From: Thermoproteota archaeon
GTDB taxonomy: Archaea; Korarchaeota; Korarchaeia; Korarchaeales; JAOZGB01
Assembly (NCBI GenBank): GCA_037917685.1
Contig: JAVCBU010000012.1
Span: forward strand, 96,001-160,000
Length of the DNA stretch: 64,000 nucleotides
Reading direction: 5' to 3'
The notes under the pieces are model-generated. The model had not been told where the DNA came from. It made no database searches and saw nothing but the letters and a program-made list of their open reading frames with translations. Below, in pieces: positions 37,854-47,545 of the stretch. The stretch's first letter is position 1. The number at the start of each line of letters is the position of its first letter. The translations under genes and the position numbers were made by a program.

Positions 37854-39292
37854 AGTGTTTCTCTAATCCTCCCCTCAAGATCTGATTCCTCATCTCTCAG
37901 CATTTTTACAAATTCGTAGCCCATCCTTAATCCTGCAACATTAAAAAGTATGAAGACAGGGATTTCTATTACCCCGTGGGGGAGCAGGGAGGGCCATAGC
38001 TTCGACTTCGACACTATACTTGCATATTCAACTATTATTCCTGCCAGGTAGCCATTGAAGAATACAATTAGTATTGGGGGTGCTACTAGGAGGCCTGAAA
38101 AGGATGCTCCTATACTTACCAGCCAGTTATTGAAGAATATTGAGAAAGCCAGCTGCATCTTCTGGAAAAGTAGCAGTTCCGCCGGCTTAAACGTTGCCCT
38201 TAGATCTCCGAGGAATTCGCTTGTCTGGTTCCATAGGGGGGCAGCGTCTTTTGCACCAAGCATGTAGGAAGCTATGAATAGCAGTACCAGGCTAGCTATA
38301 AGGTGGATATTCCTCGCTGTAAATCCTGGAAGACTGCTGAGCCCCTTCCTCACATATTTCCATGGGAATCTTAGCCAGTTAACCCTCTCCTTCCCAAGTC
38401 TAATCCTCTCCTCCATTCTAAGATCCATGTATAGCATGGCTTTTGCCGTGTAGAAGACAGGTTCAACGTAGACTGTCTGAAGCGCTGAAACCATCGTTGA
38501 GACTATAACTCCGAGCAGCGAGAATACGCTTACGATAAGAGAGACCGTTAGGTACATTAGGAGGTATATTACACCGTAACCTATAACGGTGGACAAGTTC
38601 TTCGAAGCTAACTTGTAGCCTTTTACAATGGAGGCGAGGGCTGTTTCACCGTCTGCCATGTAGTTAAAGACGAAAAACTTGATGAAAAGGGCGACTAATA
38701 AGAGTATTATGAACATAAGCATTGAAAATAATATTAGGGCTATGAGAGATGGTTCTGAGCTATATCCAACCATTGCTAGTAAGAGTATTAGAGGGACGAG
38801 TGGTATCGCACTAATTGTGAGGCTGGCGACGAAGCTGTGAAACCACCTCTTCCTTATGATTTCGATGGCCGACCTCACACTAAATACTCCTGTCCTTAGG
38901 TATCCCTGAACGTATGCGTATTTGAACAGCTCGGAGATTGAATATATAAAGACAGCGAGTATTATCCATGCAAGAAGTACCGTTCCGAACTGTAAAAACG
39001 GGAATACGTCTCTTATGTACGCTATGTCCTTATACTTCACCGCTTGGATTAGAGCTCTTACACCCCCGGTTTTTAGGAGGTGTCTAAGCATGGTTATCAG
39101 TGAGACATATATTAGGGATGAGACTCCGGCGTTCATCCCGTAGGATATAGCGCTTGGCAGCATGAGGATTGGCTTTTTATAGTAATTCAAGGAGGCCTCC
39201 GAGATGAGCTTGGAGACGGATATTTTCACAGGTTGAAATCCGTATGTGTACTGGTAGGGTTCGGCTGTGTAGGGACTATAACTTTCACCCAT
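37772..39292 (-). CDS. Membrane protein with C-terminal SpoIIM (DUF95) domain
   Basis: IFFNN, FFNG, LLPHGVIEIP and AAVIETFISP. Confidence 0.85.
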   Translation of the reverse strand: MGESYSPYTAEPYQYTYGFQPVKISVSKLISEASLNYYKKPILMLPSAISYGMNAGVSSLIYVSLITMLRHLLKTGGVRALIQAVKYKDIAYIRDVFPFLQFGTVLLAWIILAVFIYSISELFKYAYVQGYLRTGVFSVRSAIEIIRKRWFHSFVASLTISAIPLVPLILLLAMVGYSSEPSLIALILFSMLMFIILLLVALFIKFFVFNYMADGETALASIVKGYKLASKNLSTVIGYGVIYLLMYLTVSLIVSVFSLLGVIVSTMVSALQTVYVEPVFYTAKAMLYMDLRMEERIRLGKERVNWLRFPWKYVRKGLSSLPGFTARNIHLIASLVLLFIASYMLGAKDAAPLWNQTSEFLGDLRATFKPAELLLFQKMQLAFSIFFNNWLVSIGASFSGLLVAPPILIVFFNGYLAGIIVEYASIVSKSKLWPSLLPHGVIEIPVFILFNVAGLRMGYEFVKMLRDEESDLEGRIRETLYLIAGSIVPFLIAAVIETFISPKLIP

Positions 39293-39361
39293 CTTGATTA
39301 CACTTAGATTATAGCTAGCTTAATTCTTTAAAGTTTACTGTTTAAGAGAGTAGAGATACAA

Positions 39362-40216
39362 ATGTTAGCCTACCTGAGGCTTATCAGAGCTGAGCATGGT
39401 ATAGCGGCGGGCATAGCCGCCGTATCCAGCATACTGATAGCTGGCTCCTCGGAGATTTTAGATCTAGCCGTAGGTTTCGCTGTAGGTTTCCTCATAACCT
39501 CCGGTGGATTTGCGATAAATGACTATTTCGACGTGGAAGTTGACAAGATCAATAGGAGGTTTGACAGGCCTCTTGTTACCGGTGAGATCGGGTTAAAGCA
39601 GGCTTTAAGCCTTGGATTGACCCTAAACGCTTTAGGTGTAGTTGCTTCGGCGTTTCTATCACTCTACGCTTTTGTGGTTGCATCGGTGTTTTCCGTGGGT
39701 GTTTCAATGTCTTATGGGCCTTGGCTTAAAGGTAGACATTGGAGTATTAAAAACATGGTTGTAGGCCTTTCATATTTTATTCCTTGTTTTTACGGTGGAT
39801 TTGTTGTAATGCCAGGGACCGATAGGTGGATATCACTTCTAATATTAAGCCTTACTGCTTTCCTCTTCGGGCTTGGAAGGGAAATAATGAAGGATGTAAT
39901 GGATCTCGAAGGCGACATGATAAGGAATGTAAAGTCCTTCGCATCAATATACGGTGTTTCCCCGGCTTTGAAGACAGCCTCAGTCCTATACATTCTTGCA
40001 GTACTGCTCAGTTTTGCCGCCTATATAAAGGTCTTTAGAAGCTTGATATTTGCATTTACGATTGCACCTGTCGACCTAGCCGCAACATACATTGCAGCCA
40101 GACTTTACCGTGGAGCAAGCGTTGAGGATATAAGGAGGTTTAGAGGGTGGACTATCCTGGTTTTCCTTTTCGGATTGTTCTCTTTTCTTATCTCAAGCAT
40201 TAAGGTATCTCTTTAG
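39362..40216 (+). CDS. UbiA prenyltransferase, DGGGP synthase-like
   Basis: INDYFDVEVDKINR..RPL, KN and GREIMKDVMDLEGD. Confidence 0.85.
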   Translation: MLAYLRLIRAEHGIAAGIAAVSSILIAGSSEILDLAVGFAVGFLITSGGFAINDYFDVEVDKINRRFDRPLVTGEIGLKQALSLGLTLNALGVVASAFLSLYAFVVASVFSVGVSMSYGPWLKGRHWSIKNMVVGLSYFIPCFYGGFVVMPGTDRWISLLILSLTAFLFGLGREIMKDVMDLEGDMIRNVKSFASIYGVSPALKTASVLYILAVLLSFAAYIKVFRSLIFAFTIAPVDLAATYIAARLYRGASVEDIRRFRGWTILVFLFGLFSFLISSIKVSL

Positions 40217-41122
40217 ATCTTGCATGAGGACGCAGACTCTACAGAGATCTCTAGATGACGGTTCTCCGCAGGAGATGCATTTTTTAAGTTTTACGTCTGA
40301 GACTATTTTCTCCCACGCTGGCTTTACAGCATCCTCTACGGCCATTATAAGGTTATGCTTGGCCCCCGGCATTCTACTTTCAACCACATCCAGATAACTT
40401 CTCACAAGGGTCCTCATCCCCGTTCTATACCTGCATGTACGCCCGTAGACTTCTACACCGTTAAGTATGGCATATTGTAGGGTTTCCTTCTCGTATATCC
40501 TCTTTAACGGCATTATTCTTCTAACAAGTCCTTCCCTTGGAAGTGGTGGCTTCACAAGCTTTGCAAGGGAGTAGAGGTCTCCCCTGATAAGATTCATCAA
40601 ATATGCTTGAGCTATGTCATCAAGATTGTGGCCTGTTGCAAGCTTGGTTGCTCCAAGCTCCCTGGCGGCTACGTTTAGAAGCCTCCTCCGGAAGACTCCA
40701 CAGTAGGTGCAGGGGGTTCTCCTATGGCCTGGCGGTATACTTGCTGCTATCTCGTCGACTGTAAACCCATAGTAGTCCTTAAAGCTATAGATGTTAAGTT
40801 TAACCCCTATTTCCCCGCAGTGCTTGTGGATGATTTTAAATGCTTCATCTCTATACCCCTTGATCCCTTCGTCTATAGCGAGTGCTTCCAATGTGAAATT
40901 ATCACTATTCCGCCTATATTTTTCAAGCATTAACATAGTTATAGTGCTGTCTTTACCGCCTGAAACGGCTACGACAATATGGTCTCCTGGCTCGATGCTT
41001 CGGCTTAGCACTTTAAAGATTCTTTTATCAAATATTCTGTTAAAGCATTCCTTACACAGGTTTTGGTTTAGCTGTCTATGCGTTAATACAGCTTTTCTAG
41101 TGCGGCATCTTTCACAGATCAA
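40193..41122 (-). CDS. ttuA: tRNA 2-thiolation protein TtuA/Ncs6
   Basis: N- and C-terminal Zn fingers, SGGKDS, CTYCGVFRR and TGHNLDD. Confidence 0.9.
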   Translation of the reverse strand: MICERCRTRKAVLTHRQLNQNLCKECFNRIFDKRIFKVLSRSIEPGDHIVVAVSGGKDSTITMLMLEKYRRNSDNFTLEALAIDEGIKGYRDEAFKIIHKHCGEIGVKLNIYSFKDYYGFTVDEIAASIPPGHRRTPCTYCGVFRRRLLNVAARELGATKLATGHNLDDIAQAYLMNLIRGDLYSLAKLVKPPLPREGLVRRIMPLKRIYEKETLQYAILNGVEVYGRTCRYRTGMRTLVRSYLDVVESRMPGAKHNLIMAVEDAVKPAWEKIVSDVKLKKCISCGEPSSRDLCRVCVLMQDLKRYLNA

Positions 41123-41344
41123 TTAACCACCGGAAGACACCCTTACAAGCCTAATAGTATCCCCGTTCTTAAGCTTGACATGGTCGGGTATCAGTCTCCC
41201 GTTTATGGTTGCTATGTAACTCTCTCTTACAAGACCCATATGCCTAAACAGGTCGGAAATCATGGTGCCTTCTTTAACGTCGACTTCTAAAACCTTCAAC
41301 GGGCCTCCTTTGTCAATTTCAACTTTTACCCTCAAGCCTACCAT
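41123..41344 (-). CDS. MoaD/ThiS/SAMP ubiquitin-like sulfur carrier
   Basis: Beta-grasp fold with C-terminal SGG; abuts ttuA. Confidence 0.9.
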   Translation of the reverse strand: MVGLRVKVEIDKGGPLKVLEVDVKEGTMISDLFRHMGLVRESYIATINGRLIPDHVKLKNGDTIRLVRVSSGG

Positions 41345-42107
41345 CCAGAAACTCTTTTAACATTTTATTAAACTCGCTGGGCTTCTCTAACATTAGATTA
41401 TGGCCTGAATCTCTTAAAACTATAATCTTGATATTTTCTACCTTGGACAGTTGTTCCATCTCCCTTTTGGAAACGAGCTTTTCATATTGTCCATAAAACA
41501 CTAACACTGGAATATTAACACTGCTGAGATCATGTAGAAGGTTAGGATAAGATGTGTTTCTTAGACACTCAACTAATGCGTACTTTGAAGCTTTTGCGGA
41601 TTCGGATCTTACAAATTTCACAATCTCCTTGTCAGCTTTAGGTCCGAAGAGGAAGGGTGTTATTAGAAGTCTTGAGATCAACTCGCTTCCAAGTACAAGT
41701 TTTAACAGCGTTGCCTGTAATCTGCTGGCTTTAACAGTATGTAATGGCGGGGACACGAGAACAAGCTTTTCTACCTGGTGGCTAAGCTTGAAGTAGGATT
41801 TGAGGGCTATTAGCGAACCAAGACTGTGGCCTACCACGGTTAGACGTGATAGGTTTAGATGTTGACATAGCTCTATGTGATCTTTAACTAACCTGTCAAG
41901 GCTATAGTCTCCTGGGGAGGGCTTATCCGAGTCACCATGGCCTCTTAGGTCATACACTACAACCTTATATATAGGAGAAAATCTCTCCACCTGGTTATAC
42001 CAGAAATTTCTGGAAGCAGCCCAGCCGTGGACAAAAATAATGGGGAGGCCTTCACCCTCCGTTTCATATTTAATTCTAACCCCGTCACTGGTTCTAAAAT
42101 AAGGCAT
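41319..42107 (-). CDS. Alpha/beta hydrolase
   Basis: FVHGW, DLRGHG, GHSLG and SGH. Confidence 0.9.
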   Translation of the reverse strand: MPYFRTSDGVRIKYETEGEGLPIIFVHGWAASRNFWYNQVERFSPIYKVVVYDLRGHGDSDKPSPGDYSLDRLVKDHIELCQHLNLSRLTVVGHSLGSLIALKSYFKLSHQVEKLVLVSPPLHTVKASRLQATLLKLVLGSELISRLLITPFLFGPKADKEIVKFVRSESAKASKYALVECLRNTSYPNLLHDLSSVNIPVLVFYGQYEKLVSKREMEQLSKVENIKIIVLRDSGHNLMLEKPSEFNKMLKEFLDGRLEGKS

Positions 42108-42116
42108 ATCTTACCT

Positions 42117-43217
42117 TCACCTTTCCCCAGCTAGCTCTGAATGTTTTGATATTGCATATGCTATTATCATTAGGATTGATAGTCTGAAACTGTCAATTCC
42201 TGCCTCTATCATTGGTAGCAGATATGCCGGTGCTATTTGGTAAAGTTTACCCCCCTTCCAAATGTTTCTAAGTATAACCCCAAGTATGTAAAGTTCGACA
42301 GCACCTAACAGTCCAAAATCAACAATAGGCTGCCCATAGATTGTATACGTATACTTTACTGTGGCATTCAAGAGTAAAAGTCCAACCTCACGTCTCGGGT
42401 CACAGGAGACAAGCACCTTCCCATGGGAGTAGCCAAGGGGGAGAGACTTCTTGGCTATGAGATCCAAAGCATAGATGCTTGATGTAAGCCTGTAATGCAC
42501 TATCCCAACCGGGTTTAGCTTCCAAGACTGACCCTGCAACGCAACAATATAGCCCACTCCGACAAGGGCTGCGAGAAATGAAAGAACAAGTAAAATCTTA
42601 GTTTTTCTACCAACTTTTTTTGAAAAGAGGACCGCAAACACCACATTAGCAAGATATGTTCGATATGAAGTTAAGCCCGCCAGTATCACAGTGGCTAGGT
42701 AAACTAAGTAAGTGTCGGCGTAACATGCAGATGTAAGCATAAGAAATGTTGAAAATGCAAATGGCTGTGCTAGACTTATCCTGGCGTTTCTATCCAACCA
42801 CGGATTACCCACTTTTAGATAGCCAAGCAAAAGAATAGTTGCACCCGAAATATACATTGGTATCCAAAGCCATCTAGAACCGTAAACAATAGACCCTGCC
42901 TTTCGCCATTTGAAGGACATCCATATAGTTGTCATCATTCCTAGAACCATCAACGAAGGAAAAACCCCAAGGGATAAATATGCAAGCACAATGGGAGCAA
43001 AAATGTAGGCGGAGCTACCAGTTTTATACCTGCTCCTCAAGCCCATAAGTAGGAACGGTGTAAAAAGAAGAATGGATAGCAGACCATAAAATGGAAACAT
43101 GTTAAAGTAGATTAAGCAGCCCACAGTAGATGCAGCAACGTATATTACCAGTACTATTATGAAAGCTGCGATTAGAACGTTTATTCTACGTTCTTCGTTC
43201 AACATCTTACACAACAT
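42117..43217 (-). CDS. Oligosaccharide repeat unit polymerase-like (Wzy/DUF70) membrane protein
   Basis: Multi-TM; SYRT, DPR, TYTIYGQPIVDFG and IEAG motifs. Confidence 0.65.
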   Translation of the reverse strand: MLCKMLNEERRINVLIAAFIIVLVIYVAASTVGCLIYFNMFPFYGLLSILLFTPFLLMGLRSRYKTGSSAYIFAPIVLAYLSLGVFPSLMVLGMMTTIWMSFKWRKAGSIVYGSRWLWIPMYISGATILLLGYLKVGNPWLDRNARISLAQPFAFSTFLMLTSACYADTYLVYLATVILAGLTSYRTYLANVVFAVLFSKKVGRKTKILLVLSFLAALVGVGYIVALQGQSWKLNPVGIVHYRLTSSIYALDLIAKKSLPLGYSHGKVLVSCDPRREVGLLLLNATVKYTYTIYGQPIVDFGLLGAVELYILGVILRNIWKGGKLYQIAPAYLLPMIEAGIDSFRLSILMIIAYAISKHSELAGER

Positions 43218-43303
43218 GGTTTACAAACGGATAATTTTAATACTATCACGATGTGTATTAAGGTAAGGAGCAGTCTCTTAAAGGGGCTGTTCAAAGGCGA
43301 AGG

Positions 43304-43711
43304 ATGTGCGCGAATATGCAAGCCAAAAACGTGAAGGTGGCTGATCTCAGCCCCAGAAGCAAGCATGTGAACCTGAAAGTAAAGGTTCTGAATAAGGGCG
43401 AAACAAGAGAGATAGCGACTATGGGAGGATCAAAGAAGCTCAGAGAAGTACTTGTCGGAGACGAAACAGGCACGATACTTATGACACTATGGGGAGACCA
43501 GGGAGAAGGCATAGAAGAAGGAGACATACTGAATATTGAGAATGGCTATATAACTTTGTACAGAGGATCCATGAGACTATCCGTGGGGAGATATGGAAAC
43601 TTGAACATACTGGTTGACGAGGAGTTCCCAGAAGTCAATACGGAAAATAATATGAGCGACAAGCAATATGAGATGCCAAGACGACGTAGAAGTTTCAGAA
43701 GACGATACTAA
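43304..43711 (+). CDS. ssb: Single-stranded DNA-binding protein, crenarchaeal single-OB type
   Basis: KVADL...VGDETGTILMTLWG...IENGY...LSVGRYG with Arg-rich tail. Confidence 0.9.
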   Translation: MCANMQAKNVKVADLSPRSKHVNLKVKVLNKGETREIATMGGSKKLREVLVGDETGTILMTLWGDQGEGIEEGDILNIENGYITLYRGSMRLSVGRYGNLNILVDEEFPEVNTENNMSDKQYEMPRRRRSFRRRY

Positions 43712-43722
43712 AATGCCGTGAA

Positions 43723-43751
43723 GCCAGCCCTTGAATGGGCTGGCATTTTTT
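43723..43751 (+). terminator. Hairpin plus T-tract after ssb
   Basis: GCCAGCCC-ttgaat-GGGCTGGC followed by ATTTTTT. Confidence 0.65.
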
Positions 43752-43754
43752 ACT

Positions 43755-43901
43755 TTATAGTAGTTGAGAAACCCTCCTAAGAAGCATCGCATTTGCCACA
43801 ACGATCACGTCGCTAAGCGACATTATTATCGCGGATATCTCAGAAAGAACAAATACTCCTAACGGCTTGAAGAGTCCAGCAGCCGCCGGAATGGCTATCA
43901 T
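43755..43901 (-). pseudogene. C-terminal remnant of a P1B-type (CopA/CopB) heavy-metal ATPase
   Basis: Manual translation MIAIPAAAGLFKPLGVFVLSEISAIIMSLSDVIVVANAMLLRRVSQLL* matches the last two TMs (IAIP.AAG...MSLS...NA.LL). Confidence 0.8.
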
Positions 43902-43908
43902 ATAATCT

Positions 43909-44430
43909 TCACCCTTTCAGCATATTCAACCCTTCAGCATATTCAACTGCTGAGCATGAGGTTCCCCAGAAACCATTCTCTTCATTTCCGATCTGCCAGT
44001 AGACTACTTTGTAACCTGTGAGCTTATATCCATCTCCAGTGGTATAGTACTCGACTATTTTCTTAACGTTCTCCCGAACTAGGGATTCATCGGTTATTCT
44101 GTCAGCTAGGAATGTAACTACTGGTGTTGTACCGTTTCTAACCGTGTATAATATGTTTTTGGTGTTGAGCTTAAGGCTTTTATTCCATTGGGCTCCCGAG
44201 GCACCCAAAAAGAAGCCGTATATATGACACTCCACTCCAGCCTCCGCGAGAAGGCTCTTATTATGCAGTATTCCCGAAATTCCGAAGAAACCGTCCCTTA
44301 CTTCTATGTTACGCCCTGGATTCCTCCATGAAAAGTACGTGTATGCAACTATAAGGGTTACGGCCAGCCCTACAAGTAAGGCAACTTTGAACTCCACGCT
44401 CTGGATAAGATTAGTGTACTTATAATACAT
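43909..44430 (-). pseudogene. Truncated clan-A-like glycoside hydrolase (N-terminal half)
   Basis: Membrane anchor and YWQIGNEENGFW acid/base motif, then a stop immediately after an imperfect tandem duplication; barrel incomplete. Confidence 0.65.
43911..43947. repeat. Imperfect 17-18 bp tandem duplication
   Basis: TTCAGCATATTCAAC at 43916-43930 and 43933-43947. Confidence 0.8.
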
Positions 44431-44512
44431 GCGGCTCCAGGCCTTATACTAATTAGAGGATATCATGTGCTTCTATTTTATTTTTCCAATTCTTTCATAG
44501 TTTGGTGGGCTG

Positions 44513-45751
44513 GTGTTGGATTTAATCGTGAGAAATTCTAGGCTTAGAGGAAGGGATGGATTATATGACATTGGGATAGAAAATGGGAGGATTGTCGAGG
44601 TCTCCGGGCATATAAGCGCTGAGGCAGATGTTGAAGTTGACGCGGATGGCAGGATTGTTCTTCCGGCTTTTATAGACCCTCATATACACTTGGATAAGGT
44701 TCTAACAGCAGAGACTATCCGTGTGAATGAGTCTGGAACCCTCAGGGAGGCTATCGAGATACTCTGGGATGCTAAACGTGGGTATACGGTTGAGGATGTT
44801 AAGAATCGAGCCTCAAAGGTCGTCGAATGGGAGGTTATGAATGGTGTCACTAGGATTAGAACGCATTGCGATGTCGATACAATTGGCGGGTTAACTGCGT
44901 TGAAAGCTTTATTGGAGCTTCGGAGAGACTACCGTGATCTTGTCGATATTCAGATCGTGGCCTTCCCCCAGGAGGGTATATTCACAGACCCAGGATCAGA
45001 GGAGCTTCTGAGGAAGGCTATAGAGCTGGGTGCTGACGTTGTCGGGGGGATGCCTCACGCTGAGGCCACCGATGAAATGGCTAGAAGGCATGTGGACGTA
45101 ATATTTGAGATAGCAAAGGAGTATAATGTGGACATTGATTCACATGTGGATGAAACTGACGACCCGTTCTCGAGGTGTGTTGAATACATGGCTTGGAAGA
45201 CTATCAAGGAGAATTATGCTGGGAGAGTTACGGCTGACCATGTCTGTGCACTTGCCTCCTACGATGACTATCATGCGGCAAAGGTGATAGGGCTAATAAG
45301 AAAGGCTGGGATGAATATTGAGACTAACCCCGAGACAAACCTCGTCTTAGAGGGGAGACTTGACACCTACCCCAAGAGGAGGGGGCTAACAAGGGTTAGG
45401 CAACTAATTGAAGCTGGGGTTAATGTAACGTATGGGCAGGACTGCGTGAAGGATGCTTTTTACCCGTATGGTAAGTGTGACCCGTTACAAACTGGCTTCA
45501 CTTTGGCCCTTGCAGAGCAACTTACAACTCCAAGTCAGATGGAGTCAATAATAGACTTGGCAACCTACAACGCTGCGAAAACCCTTAGAATTAGGGATTA
45601 TGGTATTGAGGTTGGAAAGCGGGCGGACTTAGTTGTGGTGGACGCTGTATCGGTATGGGAGGCTTTGAGGCTGCAGCCTCCACGCCTCTACGTTATTAAG
45701 GAGGGAAAGATAGTGGCAGAGAACAGGATGGAGAGGAAGATTTACAGGTGA
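44513..45751 (+). CDS. codA: Cytosine/creatinine deaminase (CodA family)
   Basis: HIHLDK, RTHCD, VAFPQEG, VGGMPH, HVDETDD, GQDCVKD and YPYG. Confidence 0.88.
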   Translation: MLDLIVRNSRLRGRDGLYDIGIENGRIVEVSGHISAEADVEVDADGRIVLPAFIDPHIHLDKVLTAETIRVNESGTLREAIEILWDAKRGYTVEDVKNRASKVVEWEVMNGVTRIRTHCDVDTIGGLTALKALLELRRDYRDLVDIQIVAFPQEGIFTDPGSEELLRKAIELGADVVGGMPHAEATDEMARRHVDVIFEIAKEYNVDIDSHVDETDDPFSRCVEYMAWKTIKENYAGRVTADHVCALASYDDYHAAKVIGLIRKAGMNIETNPETNLVLEGRLDTYPKRRGLTRVRQLIEAGVNVTYGQDCVKDAFYPYGKCDPLQTGFTLALAEQLTTPSQMESIIDLATYNAAKTLRIRDYGIEVGKRADLVVVDAVSVWEALRLQPPRLYVIKEGKIVAENRMERKIYR

Positions 45752-45758
45752 ACCCTGG

Positions 45759-47288
45759 ATGCCTCTGAAAGTGAAGATACTTAAGAGAGAGTTTAGAGAC
45801 TCGGTAGTGCTAATGAGAATAAGTAACATGTTAAAAGGAATAGATGGAGTTGAGGAGTCCGCCGTACTTATGGCGACAGATCTGAACAAGCAATACCTGA
45901 AAGAGGTAGGGCTATACACTCCAGAAATAGACGACGCCGAGCCTAACGACCTCATAATAGCCGTGAGGGGGGTAAACCTTGACAGAGCATTGTCCACGGC
46001 CATGGAGGCGCTCGCCGGTGGGCGGGAAGAGGCTGAGACATACTATCCAACGCTAAGCTCCGCTCTTGAGGAGTTCAAGGCAAACCTAGCCGTCATCTCG
46101 GTCCCAGGTGAGTATGCACCCATGGTTGCGGAGGAGGCCTTGAACAGGGGGTTGGACGTATTCCTGTTCAGCAGTGGGGTACCACTGGAGGAGGAGGTTA
46201 GACTTAAAAAGCTCGCACTTGAAAGAGGACTTATCCTAATGGGCCCGGACTGTGGGACAGCTATAATAGATGGCTATGCTATAGGCTTCGGGAACAAGGT
46301 GCCCCGTGGAAACATAGGTATAGTTTCCGCGGCGGGCACAGGCCTCCAAGAGGTATCCACGCTGATAGCAGTTATGGGGGGAGGAATAAGCCAGGCCTAC
46401 GGGACAGGAGGCAGGGATCTGCATGAGAAGGTGGGGGGTATAACAATGGCCCAGTGTATTAGATTGCTTGCCAACGACCCTGAAACAGATGTGTTGGTTT
46501 TAATCTCTAAGCCCCCATCAAAGACAGCCCTTAAGAAAATCGCCAGGGAGGCTATGAGGGCAGGTAAACCCGTTATAGCCTGTTTTATAGGCGGAAACAT
46601 AGGGGGAGATATGGTAACTGTTGAGACGCTTGAAGAGGCGGCTATAATGGCCTTAAAAAAGGCCGGCCTGGGCAGAACAGGGTTGTTAAGTCTAAACCTT
46701 AAAGAGTACGAGGATCTTGTGAGACTCGAGTATGAAAAGCTCAGCTCTGAACAGAAATATATTAGAGGATTGTATTCTGGGGGAACCCTTGCACACGAAG
46801 CAATATATCTCATGGAAAAGCACGGCTTCAAGGTTTACTCTAATATACACCCGGATCCGAGGCGTAGGCTTGACAATCCATGGGAGAGTAGAGGGCACAC
46901 TATAATTGACATGGGGGCAGAGGAGTTTGTAATGGGACGCCCACATCCGATGATTGACCAAACGCTTAGAATGAGAAGAATAGTACAGGAGGCCTCAGAC
47001 CATTCAGTGGCAGTTATACTACTTGACATTATACTCGGATATGGCGCCCATCCAGACCCGGCAGGCGAAATAGCCAAGTCGATAGCCGAGGCGAAGGATA
47101 AGGCTGAGGTGGAGAATAGGCATTTAGTATTTGTTGCACATGTCTGTGGAACCCAGCAGGACCCCCAGAACCTGGATGAGCAGGTGAAAAAGCTTGAGAA
47201 AGAAGGCGTCATTGTTATGCCGAGCAACGCGCAAGCGGTAAAGATGTCTATGTTAATAGCAGGGAGAGGTGAGATAAAAATTGGATAG
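45759..47288 (+). CDS. fdrA: FdrA family acyl-CoA synthetase-like protein
   Basis: DSVVLM, ISVPG, MGPDCGT, GTGGRDL, ISKPP, GLYSGGTL, GRPHPMID and GYGAH. Confidence 0.92.
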   Translation: MPLKVKILKREFRDSVVLMRISNMLKGIDGVEESAVLMATDLNKQYLKEVGLYTPEIDDAEPNDLIIAVRGVNLDRALSTAMEALAGGREEAETYYPTLSSALEEFKANLAVISVPGEYAPMVAEEALNRGLDVFLFSSGVPLEEEVRLKKLALERGLILMGPDCGTAIIDGYAIGFGNKVPRGNIGIVSAAGTGLQEVSTLIAVMGGGISQAYGTGGRDLHEKVGGITMAQCIRLLANDPETDVLVLISKPPSKTALKKIAREAMRAGKPVIACFIGGNIGGDMVTVETLEEAAIMALKKAGLGRTGLLSLNLKEYEDLVRLEYEKLSSEQKYIRGLYSGGTLAHEAIYLMEKHGFKVYSNIHPDPRRRLDNPWESRGHTIIDMGAEEFVMGRPHPMIDQTLRMRRIVQEASDHSVAVILLDIILGYGAHPDPAGEIAKSIAEAKDKAEVENRHLVFVAHVCGTQQDPQNLDEQVKKLEKEGVIVMPSNAQAVKMSMLIAGRGEIKIG

Positions 47289-47469
47289 GAAGGATAAGCT
47301 TAGGATAGTAAACATAGGGCTTGAATGGTTTTACCATGAGCTTAGAAGGCAAGGTGCAGAAGTGGTGCATGTGAGGTGGAGGCCGCCTGCAGGTGGAGAC
47401 AAGGAAATGATAGACCTGCTGAGAAGGATTAAAAGGGCCGGTTTAAAGATGGAAGGGACGGACTCCTAA
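47281..47469 (+). CDS. Small FdrA-associated protein
   Basis: VNIGL..F...L..QG..VVHV.WRPPAGGD signature; overlaps fdrA. Confidence 0.85.
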   Translation: MDRKDKLRIVNIGLEWFYHELRRQGAEVVHVRWRPPAGGDKEMIDLLRRIKRAGLKMEGTDS

Positions 47470-47545
47470 GGGACCCAGGTGGATCTTGAAGGCTGTATGA
47501 TTCGTTCATTATCATATTATTCAACTGTTATTAGAGAACTATGAT

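Noticed and set aside
40193-42107. Hydrolase-SAMP-ttuA cluster as a novel system
   Set aside because: SAMP plus TtuA/Ncs6 is the established tRNA 2-thiolation pair; nothing links the hydrolase beyond adjacency
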